DNA from: an uncultured Arcobacteraceae bacterium
Lineage (GTDB): Bacteria > Campylobacterota > Campylobacteria > Campylobacterales > Arcobacteraceae
Assembly: GCA_963934755.1 (NCBI GenBank)
Contig: CAWVZX010000001.1
Location: 1-36,421 of the forward strand
DNA length: 36,421 nt
Direction of reading: 5' to 3'
Shown here: in pieces, positions 10,045 to 20,300 of the stretch
Layout of the letters: every line of letters starts with the position of its first letter
Numbering within the stretch: the stretch's first letter is position 1
Notes under the pieces: model-generated
What the model was told of the DNA's origin: nothing
Seen by the model: only the letters and a program-made list of their open reading frames with translations
Database searches by the model: none
Position numbers and translations under genes: made by a program

Positions 10045-10800
10045 ATGGCAGCAGAAACATTAACATTTAGCGATGACAAAGGAAGTCCAGGATGGCCATC
10101 TTTTTATACATTTTTCCCAGAATATATTAAGGGAATGAATGGGTATTTATATACATTTTACCAAGGCAACTTGTGGAGGCATAATACAAATTCTCTTAGA
10201 AATAATTATTATGGCACTCAAGGTATATCTACTGTTACTAGTGTGTTTAATCCAGAGCCTACACTAACTATTAAGTTATTTAAAACCATGTCTTACGAAA
10301 GCTCACATAGTTGGGCGGTTACAGATTTAAACACTGATTTAAGTAGTGGTTCAATGCTAGAAACATTTTTTGAACAAAAGGAAGGGGAGTGGTACTCTTA
10401 CATAAGAAGTAATGCAGGTACAGTAGACTGGAAATTAAGATCTGGAAATGGTTTAGGCGGTTGTGCAACAGTTTCTGGTGCAGCAGCAACAACATTAATT
10501 ACTTTTAATAATCCCATAGGAAATATAGTAAGCATAGGAGATTTAGTTTACACTGGCACAACTACTCCATTAATTGTAGGTCCTATATTATCTTTTACTA
10601 GTAATTCTATTACTGTAGATGCATCAGCTGTTGGAGCTACTATACCTAATGCGGGTGCTATGATATTATATTATAAAAACAGTATTGCAGAGTCTCATGG
10701 AGCTCGAGGATACTATATGGAGTTTACAATGACTAATGATGACACTAGTGCAGTAGAGTTATTTTCTGTAGGTAGTAATGTAATGAAAAGTTATCCTTAG
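10045..10800 (+). CDS. Structural protein resembling the C-terminal part of tail nozzle proteins (251 aa)
   Basis: TLTFSD..GWPSFYTF.PE...YTF..G.LWRH...RNNYYG...KLFKT..YES...KEGEWY...G.RGYY...ELFSV, recalled as the nozzle C-terminus of related phages. Confidence 0.6.
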   Translation: MAAETLTFSDDKGSPGWPSFYTFFPEYIKGMNGYLYTFYQGNLWRHNTNSLRNNYYGTQGISTVTSVFNPEPTLTIKLFKTMSYESSHSWAVTDLNTDLSSGSMLETFFEQKEGEWYSYIRSNAGTVDWKLRSGNGLGGCATVSGAAATTLITFNNPIGNIVSIGDLVYTGTTTPLIVGPILSFTSNSITVDASAVGATIPNAGAMILYYKNSIAESHGARGYYMEFTMTNDDTSAVELFSVGSNVMKSYP

Positions 10801-10807
10801 AATTTAT

Positions 10808-10815
10808 TATCTTTG
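10808..10815 (+). promoter_or_regulatory. Bacteroidota -7 promoter element, possibly giving a leaderless mRNA
   Basis: TATCTTTG lies only 5 nt before ATG 10821. Confidence 0.6.
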
Positions 10816-10820
10816 TGTGA

Positions 10821-11348
10821 ATGGAATTACAAATAGCTCATGATGTATTAAACTCTGTAGTAGCTAGAAGAGGATTAATGTGGGAAAAAATTGAAGATTT
10901 TCATAAAAAAGCACAAGCTTTAGAAATTTCTTTAGATCATACCGCTGGCGAACCTTATAGTCAAGAGTTTTCTGAGTTATGTCCATTAAAACAACACATC
11001 GAAGGTGGTCTCTATACAAGGGAACTTTTTATGCCTAAAGATGGGATTATAATAAGTATGATTCATAAACAACAACACCCTTCGTTTTTATTAACGGGTA
11101 AAGTTTCATACATTACAGATGCTGGAGAAATTAAAACAATTGTTGCTCCACATACTATTTTTACACAAATAGGAACACAAAGAGTGTTTTATGTGCATGA
11201 AGACAGTAGTTTTTGTTGTGTTTACAAAGTAAAGGCTAAAACTTTTGAAGAAGCAGAAGCTGAGGTATATACTAATAATTATAGGGATTTACCTAAAAAA
11301 ATAATAAATAAAATAAATAAAAAATTATGGCAGGTCCAGCAGCAATAA
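10821..11348 (+). CDS. Cupin-fold phage protein (175 aa)
   Basis: H..GGLYTRELFMP...IHKQQH..FLLTGKV....G...I.AP.......G..R..Y.HED pattern typical of cupin-like podophage proteins. Confidence 0.6.
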   Translation: MELQIAHDVLNSVVARRGLMWEKIEDFHKKAQALEISLDHTAGEPYSQEFSELCPLKQHIEGGLYTRELFMPKDGIIISMIHKQQHPSFLLTGKVSYITDAGEIKTIVAPHTIFTQIGTQRVFYVHEDSSFCCVYKVKAKTFEEAEAEVYTNNYRDLPKKIINKINKKLWQVQQQ

Positions 11349-12250
11349 TATTAGGAAGTATAGCAGCCGCAACAGGGTTAGCAGGTATGGGTATTGGTTT
11401 AGGTCAAGCAGGCAAACAACGAAGAGCAGCGAGTCAAGCAAAAGCTGATTCAGAAAGGTTGATGCAACAAGCAAGAAATAGAGTGATGGCAGATAATTTT
11501 GAAAACATTAAGTTGCCTACAGAATCATACGACAGAGCTTTTAGAGAAAATACTGCACAACAAAGACAAGCAATAGATTCATTACAATCAGCGGATGCAC
11601 GAACTTTAGCAGCAGGTATAGGTAAAGTAAGTGCAGCAGGAACTGCAGCAAATGAAGAGCAAAGACTTGTAATGGGTAAAGATTTATATGACTTAGAGCT
11701 AAAAAAAGCACAAAACGCTGAAGCAATTAAAAATGAATTAGTAGGTATGGATGTAGGACAAGCTAGAGACTTAACAACAATGTCGGCTGACTCAAGAGAA
11801 GCTGCAGCTGCATCAACAATGGGTGCGATACAATCTGGAGTAGCTGGTGTTTCTGCACTTGCAAGTTCATTACCAGATTATTTTAAAGGTGCGGGAGATA
11901 GGAAAGCTGGAGTCTTTGCCGAAAGTGATGCATTTAAAAATATGGATAAAGGCGGTAATGTTGTAATTGATAAAAATACTGGCAAAGCAGTTCAAACTGA
12001 TAATCCAGATTATTTGAATAGAGCAGATGATTATAATATGGACTTAAAACCAGGGGAACAAGGATATATAGCACCCACAATAGATTATTACCAATCATAT
12101 ACAGATGATGAGGCTAAAAATTTAATTGGACAAAACTACGAAAGTATATTTGGTGACAATAAAACATTTAGAGAGTTAAAAAAGAATGACTTTAAAGACT
12201 TAACTCCAGCGCAATTAGCAAAAATAAAAGAAATATTAGGTCAACGATAA
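11327..12250 (+). CDS. Internal virion/DNA ejection protein 1 (307 aa)
   Basis: Hydrophobic Gly/Ala N-terminus, Ala/Gln-rich helices; first of three genes of increasing size after the tail genes. Confidence 0.65.
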   Translation: MAGPAAIILGSIAAATGLAGMGIGLGQAGKQRRAASQAKADSERLMQQARNRVMADNFENIKLPTESYDRAFRENTAQQRQAIDSLQSADARTLAAGIGKVSAAGTAANEEQRLVMGKDLYDLELKKAQNAEAIKNELVGMDVGQARDLTTMSADSREAAAASTMGAIQSGVAGVSALASSLPDYFKGAGDRKAGVFAESDAFKNMDKGGNVVIDKNTGKAVQTDNPDYLNRADDYNMDLKPGEQGYIAPTIDYYQSYTDDEAKNLIGQNYESIFGDNKTFRELKKNDFKDLTPAQLAKIKEILGQR

Positions 12251-12259
12251 TTATAAACT

Positions 12260-14374
12260 ATGGCAGTAGATCCAAAAAAATATTCTCTATATGCTCAACG
12301 AGACTTAGAAAAGCAGTATGTTAACTGGGGGAAAGTAGCACAAGACATTACTACAGGAATAACAACAATAGCAGGTGAAAGACAGGCTAGGAAGGATGAG
12401 TTAGATAAATTAACTAATGAAGCCATAGAAAACTTAAGTGCTGTTCCTGATGTAGAAAGCCAAGATGCTGGCACAATGATTATTAATGCCAGTGACATGT
12501 CTAAAAAAAATCTACAGATTCAATCTGATTTGTTAAAAAGAGGGTTAATTACTCCTAAAGATTTTAAACTTTTTATGGAGAAACAAAAAACAGGATACTC
12601 TTCATATAGTACTGCAATAAAACAATGGGACGGTTGGTATCAAAAATCCTTAGAAAGAATTGATAAAGATGATGCTAGTGCAGGTGAAATGTATAATAAC
12701 ACTTCTTTAGAGGCTTTTGGTAATTTACAGAACAAAGTACTCATGACTAATCCAGCTAATGGACAATTACAGTTGGTAGAGATGGGTAAAGCACCAGATG
12801 GTACTTATACTAAAATGCCAGATTTAAAAAAGAACCCTAGCAAAGTAGTTAGCCCACATAGTATCAACCTTCGTATGAATATGAAGTCAAACAAAAAAGT
12901 TTTGACAGATGAGGCTAAAAAGCTAGTAGATCCAATGGGTAGAATTATAAAATCTTATACTGGTGAAGATGGTAAAATGTTTTCTAAAGAAGGTTTTAGG
13001 TATAGAGACAGCCAAGATGTAGAAAGAACATATAAGGATTGGTTGAATTCTTCAGCCGATGCACTCACAGCAACTAATGATGACCAAATGCAAATATTAG
13101 CAGGTCAAGGATACCATATAGCACAGAGTGTAGATGAGTTTAAAAAAAAGCATGGAGATGACACTTCTAAAATGATTTTAGTTAGTTATGCCTCTGGCAC
13201 ACCAGTGTACAGTTTAGTGGATGCTAATGGAAAAGAAATAAAAGGTGGCTTAGAGAAAGAAGCACAAAAACAAGCAAGATTCGCGTTAGATGACCAGATA
13301 GATGACATGGTTAAGGTAGATCAAGAAGATAAGAGACCACCATCTGAAGTAGATGAGGAAGATACTCTTATTGGATTTATGGATGATGTAAATGCATTAA
13401 TATCTGATGACAAAGAAACATTTGATGCCACTGCTCAAGATAGGATTATTTCCGTAAACAATAGGGCTAGAGAAAAAGGGGGTAGAATGATTGATAATAT
13501 TGATAGAAATGATGATCAAATTGTGGTTACTTACCAAGATGGATCAAAAGAATATGTTGAAAGAAAAGATGAGGATGGTAAACCACTCGATGCACAAACA
13601 CAATCAAGAAAATTATGGAGACTAATTACTAATTTAGAAGACAGTTCGTATAGAAAAGCTATTAATTTATATGAAGATGAAGGTGGATTTAGATCTTCAG
13701 ATAGAGAGGCAACAACAGGAGAGAATAGACTATTCCTTACAACACAAAAAGCTGAAGAAGTTTTAGCTAACAAGGGTATGAACCCAGGGGATGATGGTTA
13801 TGAAGATGCATTAAAAATTGAGATTGCTACTCAAGATAAAAATGTAACTGAAAAAGAGGTTGCAGCAATAAAAAGAAGAGTGCTTAAAGGTAAAAACATT
13901 GTATCATACTCTTCATTACCTTCTATAGGAATGAAAGATGGTAAATTAGAGAAAAACAATAAGAGTGTAATAGGGTTAGATAGTGATGGTGAACCTGCAA
14001 CAGGAACTAAAATTTTAGAAGATGAATTAGGTAATAGTATACGTTGGAATAGAGATTCTGAAATTACTAAAGTATTAGATGATGTTTTAAAATTATACTT
14101 ACCAAAATCTTTACGAGCAGGAGCAAAAGTAACTTATGAAACTAATGATGCAGGAGATGATTTAATTATACAGTACTATGATGCAAAAGGTGATTTACAA
14201 GAAATAAGTAAAGAGGTTGCTCCAGCTGGCTTTTTTGTAAATGGCAATTTAAGATCATCAGATTTAAATGATATAATTTATGATGCATCTAAAGAAATAT
14301 TAGATCAAGAAAACAATAGAAGAGGCACAAGAAACAAAAGAGGGGTATCTAAAGAAGTAATAAAGTTTAACTAG
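12260..14374 (+). CDS. Internal virion/DNA ejection protein 2 (704 aa)
   Basis: Helical, charged, Cys-free; synteny. Confidence 0.6.
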   Translation: MAVDPKKYSLYAQRDLEKQYVNWGKVAQDITTGITTIAGERQARKDELDKLTNEAIENLSAVPDVESQDAGTMIINASDMSKKNLQIQSDLLKRGLITPKDFKLFMEKQKTGYSSYSTAIKQWDGWYQKSLERIDKDDASAGEMYNNTSLEAFGNLQNKVLMTNPANGQLQLVEMGKAPDGTYTKMPDLKKNPSKVVSPHSINLRMNMKSNKKVLTDEAKKLVDPMGRIIKSYTGEDGKMFSKEGFRYRDSQDVERTYKDWLNSSADALTATNDDQMQILAGQGYHIAQSVDEFKKKHGDDTSKMILVSYASGTPVYSLVDANGKEIKGGLEKEAQKQARFALDDQIDDMVKVDQEDKRPPSEVDEEDTLIGFMDDVNALISDDKETFDATAQDRIISVNNRAREKGGRMIDNIDRNDDQIVVTYQDGSKEYVERKDEDGKPLDAQTQSRKLWRLITNLEDSSYRKAINLYEDEGGFRSSDREATTGENRLFLTTQKAEEVLANKGMNPGDDGYEDALKIEIATQDKNVTEKEVAAIKRRVLKGKNIVSYSSLPSIGMKDGKLEKNNKSVIGLDSDGEPATGTKILEDELGNSIRWNRDSEITKVLDDVLKLYLPKSLRAGAKVTYETNDAGDDLIIQYYDAKGDLQEISKEVAPAGFFVNGNLRSSDLNDIIYDASKEILDQENNRRGTRNKRGVSKEVIKFN

Positions 14375-14375
14375 A

Positions 14376-17300
14376 ATGGATAAGTTTAAAGAACTATATC
14401 AATACCTCGTTGATAACGAGATGACTGACTTATCTGAAGAAGAGTTCAAGGTTGAATATGCTCAAGGAACAGATAAAAACTCTACATTATTTACCTACCT
14501 TCAAGACAATGAATTAACTGATTTAGACCAACAGGCATTTAATTCTAAATACTTTCCACAACAAACACAAGTAGATGTTGATGTTGTCGCTGATGAAGTG
14601 ACAGATGTTAAAAGTGGTCAAGAGGTTGATTCATCTACAATGGTAGAAGAAACTGTTGCTTATGATCCCAGAGAGCAAGGCATGGATGATAAAATATCCT
14701 ATAACAACAATGCTACTGTCTTTGAAAAATCACTAGCATATGTAACTCCAGATTTAATTGACAGAGAAGAAGAAGAGGTGGTTAACAGAATGAATTATCA
14801 TTTTGGAGACTATGGTTTTACCTTTGAAGAAGGGGGAGGTATAATGTCTGGGATGGATGGAATGAGTGTTCGTGCAGAAAATGGCCAAACCATAAATGTG
14901 AATCTCGATCCAGTATTTGGTGATTTATTAGGTGGTGAAACTCAAGAATCTAACAAGTTACAAGATTTTTTAAAAAAGAATAAAAAAACTAATCCAGAGT
15001 TAGAGGCTTTTAATGCTGAGAATAATCGTAAAAGAAAAAAATACTTTAGCAAGAAAGCAGTTGATGAGGATTTAGATGATTTGAAGACCAAAGCTACTTC
15101 TATAAATAAACGAGCACAAGTTTATCAAACCGAAAAGACTAAGCATGAAGAGGCTATGGATGGCTTACTTATGGTGCCTCCACAAGAAAGAGGTGCTGAT
15201 TGGCAGTTAAAATACCAACAACAATTAGGAGTGGGTAAAAGACTAAACGAACTGAAACAAACAGTATCTAACGAACTTAAGTCATATAGAACTATAGAAA
15301 AACAAGTTCATTCTGCTGTAGGAAACTACATGGAAATGAAATTAAATGATGGAAGTGGTCCTGGAACATTTTTAAAAGGCTTCTATAATAGTGTGGTTGG
15401 TAGAGGTGTTTCACAAATTTTTGCATATGTGGCTGATTTAGGAATTGATGGATTGTATAAAGTTGGTCAAGCAATAGATGAAGATTTTTCTTTACGAAGC
15501 CTGTCTGGGGTAACAGATGAAGAGAAAAAAGAAAGGTATATAACTATTGCAAAAGATTTAGGTTATGATGTGCCTAGTGATGTAATGGATAGTGATGAGT
15601 CTTATCAAAACTGGTTGAACAGTCTTAGTGAAGACGATGAGATGGCACTAGATGGTGATACTGATTTATTTACTTCACAACTAAATAAAGAAGGAAGAAA
15701 GGCGTTAAAAGATTCTGGAAAAGAATTAAAAAATATTAATGGTAAGTTACAATTATATGATCCTAAAGGTGGAATTTTAGGTAAAGGTGGGTATGAGGAT
15801 GTTCCTGCAGATTATTTAGACAAAACCAAAAGAGACAAACTAGACAGATTAGTTTTAGATGCAGAAGTAAAATCGGCAAAAAAACCTACTAAAGAGTTTA
15901 TTAAAAAGAACTGGAATCAATTATTGTCTTTTGATGATGTATCGGATGAAAAAATTGCTGAAATGCGTGATGACAGTATTATAGCCGAGGGGTTGTTAGG
16001 TCTAGGTGAGTCATTACCAGCTATAGGGTTGTCACTTGCTTCAAGAGGTAAAATAAAAGCTACTGGACAATTTGCCACACTAAGAAATTTAGGGGGGAGA
16101 ATACTGGGGTTAGACTCAAAAGGTGGTGTTGCACAAGTGTTAGCCTTTTCAGCTTTACAAGCTGAGGCAATGCAAGAGGAAATGGATGCTGATGAAGATT
16201 TTAAATATGTGACTGAAGGAGAAAGAAAAGCAATTTTAGGTCCTACTGCATTAACTGTAGCGGTTCTAGAAAGGTATGGTTTAAGAAATATAGTGGGTAA
16301 TAAAACTATAATGACTGGATTAATGAGTCAAGTTACTAAAGTATTGCCTCAAGGAGCATCTGCCGCACTATATAAATCCACATTAGAAAAAATAGTTAAA
16401 AGTAATATTGCTAAAGGTTTATACACTAATAAAGCAGTTAAGTTTTCTACATCTGTAGCAAAAGCAGCATTAGCTGAAGCAGAAACAGGAGGCTTACAAC
16501 AGATAGCAGAAATGGGCTATAAGGACATATGGAATGACATGAACGAGAAAGAGATGTTCGATCAACCAAAAATGTGGTCCAAAGAGTTTTGGCAAGAAGC
16601 TAAACATGCTGCAATGGCAGAGGCAGTAGGTGGATTTGTTATGGGTATACCTGGAGGTATAGTTAATGCATATAAGACTGGCGAAACTGATAATATATCT
16701 GATGCAACATTAGAATTGTTTGATGCTATAAGAGGAGATAATATTACAATGAAAGCTTACAAAGAACAGTTATCTGTTCAAGTATCTGAAGGTAAAAAAA
16801 CTCAGAAAGAAGCAGATGAAGAATTATTGCAATTTGAAACTTTATCTGGTGCAGCAAACACTATACCAGTGGATTTAGATATAACTGCTAGAAAAAAAGC
16901 ATTAGGATTAATTTTTGAAAGACAAGGTCTTGAAGCAGAAATGGAAGGGATGGATAAGGACTTAGGTTCTTACAAGAAAAAAGAAGCTAGAGTTCAAGAA
17001 ATAAAAAATGAATTATCACAAATTGGAAGTGAACAAGCTGATGATTCTGCATCGCTAGAAAAGGAAAGTGAAAATATTCCTATATTTGTTTCTGAAGAGA
17101 AGGCAAAAGAAGAGCTTGTCAAAGAAGGCATAGCTAATCCTACTCAAGAACAAATTAAAGAAAAACAAGATGCCCTTCAAAAGTCAGAAGCAGAGAGCTT
17201 GGATGTACCAAAATCTACCGAAAGTGGCCCAACAGTGGGAAAAGGAAACAAAGGGACCACTACCAACCAGGGCACCCAAGAAAACAAAGATGCGTCTCAA

Positions 17301-20300
17301 ACGAAATCCGAAGAGAAAGTAACTAAAGAAGAGCAAGAAGATATTGATGCCTTTTTTGGTGAAGAGGTTGGGTTAGAGGTTGAGTCTAGTTCGGACAACT
17401 TATCTATAAACCGTCAACAAAAAGATGGCAGTAAGGTTAAAGACACTAAACTAAGCACACAAATTATAAAAAGAGCTAAGTTAGCTGCAAAAGCTATAAA
17501 AAAAATTGCTCCGAATGTAAAAATGGTGCTACACCAAACAACAGAAGAGTTTGAAAAGTTTGCACCTAAAGGAAATGGATATTATAATCCAAACACTAAA
17601 GTAATTCATATAAACTTAGCAACTGCAAAAAATAAAACTGTAGCTCATGAGGTATTTCATGCAGTGTTTTTAGAAAAAATTGCCGGCGGTGACAAAGGTG
17701 CAATAGCAGCAGCCGACAGATTAATTAAATCTGTAAGAAAAAGTTTGCCTAATGATTCTATGTTAGCAAAACGAATGGATGCATTTGCTAATAAATATAA
17801 AGACAGTGCGTTCCAAAATGAGGAAAGAGTAGCTGAGTTGTTTTCTTTAATGGCTACAGAGTACAAATCTTTAACTAAACCTGCTAAAAACAGAGTAGTT
17901 GAGTTTATTAAAAGTGTAGCAAAAAAATTAGGTATAAAAATTTCTAATGATTTTACAAGTTCTGATGAAGCTGTTATTGATTTTTTAAATACATTTTCTA
18001 AAAAAGTACAGTCTGGTGAAGAAGTAGTTGAGTCTGACTTAACTGCATTAGATGAAATAAATGAGCAACTAGCTCAAGATGGTACTGCACCAATTGGTAA
18101 TCCAACTGAAATAAATAAACCTCAAGAGGGGAGGCAGTCTAAAATAAAGTTTGATGATAGTTATCCTTTATCCTTAGTTACTCCAGAAAATAAAATAGAT
18201 ATAAATAGTCTTATTGATAATATTTCTAACAAAAAACAAAAAGTTTGGTTTTGGGTTGCAGATCAGTTAGGGCTAGGTAATGTAGATGGAATTGAAATGG
18301 ATGCTGGACCAAGTTTTTCTTTACAACCAGAAAACTTGAAGAAAAAAACTATATGGGCAAGTGGTTTAGATAATTCAAAATTAAGCAAAAACATAGATGC
18401 AGCCGATTATATTTTTATTATAAGTGGATCACCTGAAACTAGTAAATTGTTTAATAAAAAAGTATTTGATAGATATATTAAAGATTTAGGTGATTATGCA
18501 AAATTTAAAAAAGATGCATTAGCAACTAATCCAACAAAAGCAATAAGAGATAGTCTTGAAGAATTTGATAGTTGGTCGGCAATGAGAAAAAGTCCAAAAA
18601 GAAAAAACTTCTTAATAGCTCTAAACGAACAAAGCAGAAAGCCTAACACTAAATTTCATGCATTAATTAATAATTTAGGAGGATTTGTAAGTGCTCAATC
18701 TTTAAGAGATGGGTTTTACAGAGATAATAATTTTGCTCAAAATGATATAATGATGGTGTTAAAGCCAACAGGATTAGGAGGTAAATCAAATCATTCTACT
18801 TATTCTACAGACATCTTAGGGGATGTTGTGGGAGTTCCAGATGCAAAAATAAATGCTAGAGAAATAGTTCCAGAAAATATAAAAAAGAAAATAGAGGGAA
18901 CAAATATTTCAGTGCAAACTTCTAGTATAGCTCCTTATGGCGGTTCTACTCAAACAGCAGTAAAAACCATCACTAAACCTCAAGAGGGAAGGCAACAAAG
19001 AGATACACTCGCTGAGATAAATGTGTTTTATAATATGAATAACAGTGGCTTTTTTAGTCCACAAGTCGATACATATAGATTACAAAAAGAATTAGATGCT
19101 TTAAACCAAGGTTATAAACTAAGACAGGCACCATTCAATCAGTATGGTCAAGGTGGTGGATACTCTATATATGACTCTAGAGGTAAAAGAGTAAGACCGC
19201 CGAAAGACAGTGAGTATAGACAGGGTAGGCAACAGAAGATGGATAACGAAAACGATCTTCTAAAAATTATTATTATAGGTAGAGAACAAGCTGGATTTAG
19301 AGATGCAGCTATTAAAGATTATTTAAAAAGAAGAAAAAAAGAAGTAAATGGCAAGTTAGTACCAGCCTATTCAGCATCAGAAATAAACAATGCTATGGAT
19401 GTGGTGCAAGGATTTGAAGGTGAGTCATACTTATTTACTGCATTTCCAAAAAGCTTTAACAACATGGAAGGTGGCTTTTTAGCTGGTCTTAAATTGTTGA
19501 AAAAGGTAAATACATATTATAAAAGACTTATAAAAGCTAACAACAAAAAGAAATCTGTAGCGGTTGATGGAACTCCATTAACTGAAGAACAAATTAGACA
19601 AAAAGTTATAGACTACTTTACTGGCTTACAAGAGTATCAAAATGAAGGTGCTCAAGGTAATAGATTAACTGCTCAGCAAATGGCTATGGAAAAAGACCTG
19701 TTAGAGTTGTTACTTCCTGATCCATTAAAAGCTAACCCACAAAGAATAAGAGCTATAAACAAAAGAATTAAAGAAATAAAGTTTGATGAAAAAAATATTA
19801 AAGCTGTACAAAGAGCATTAAGAAACTACATTAGATCAGTTCTTCCAAGAGATTTGTATACTAAAAGTGAAATAGTTTCATTAATAGATAAAGTAAACAG
19901 AATAAATAAAACTAATTTTGAGTCAGTTAAAGATGAAGTATTTAAAGTCGTTACATCTAAAACTAATAAATCTTTACAAGAATCTATTTTTAATATTCTG
20001 AATAGAAAATTTACCACTATACAGTCAGGAAGACTTAAAGGTGTTAGTATTGATAATGAAACTAGAAAGAAAATAGAAAGAATTAATTCTATGATTGTCA
20101 ATCCAAAATCCACTGCCGATGAGATAATGGAAGCTAATGAACAACTTTTAAAAGAATATAATTCTATTGCTAAAGAAGAAGTTTCGGTAAACAAAGAAAC
20201 TAGAACTCAAGCAAAAAGTAGTCTGGATGAAGATGCTTTAAGTAGGTTAGCAGAAATTACTATTGCTATGCAAATAAACAATTCATTTTTAGCAGAAATG

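Noticed and set aside
15645-15670. DGDTD (DxDxD) in the giant protein as a possible virion RNA polymerase active site
   Set aside because: Sits in a low-complexity acidic stretch without the surrounding double-psi beta-barrel context or DFDxD-type motif
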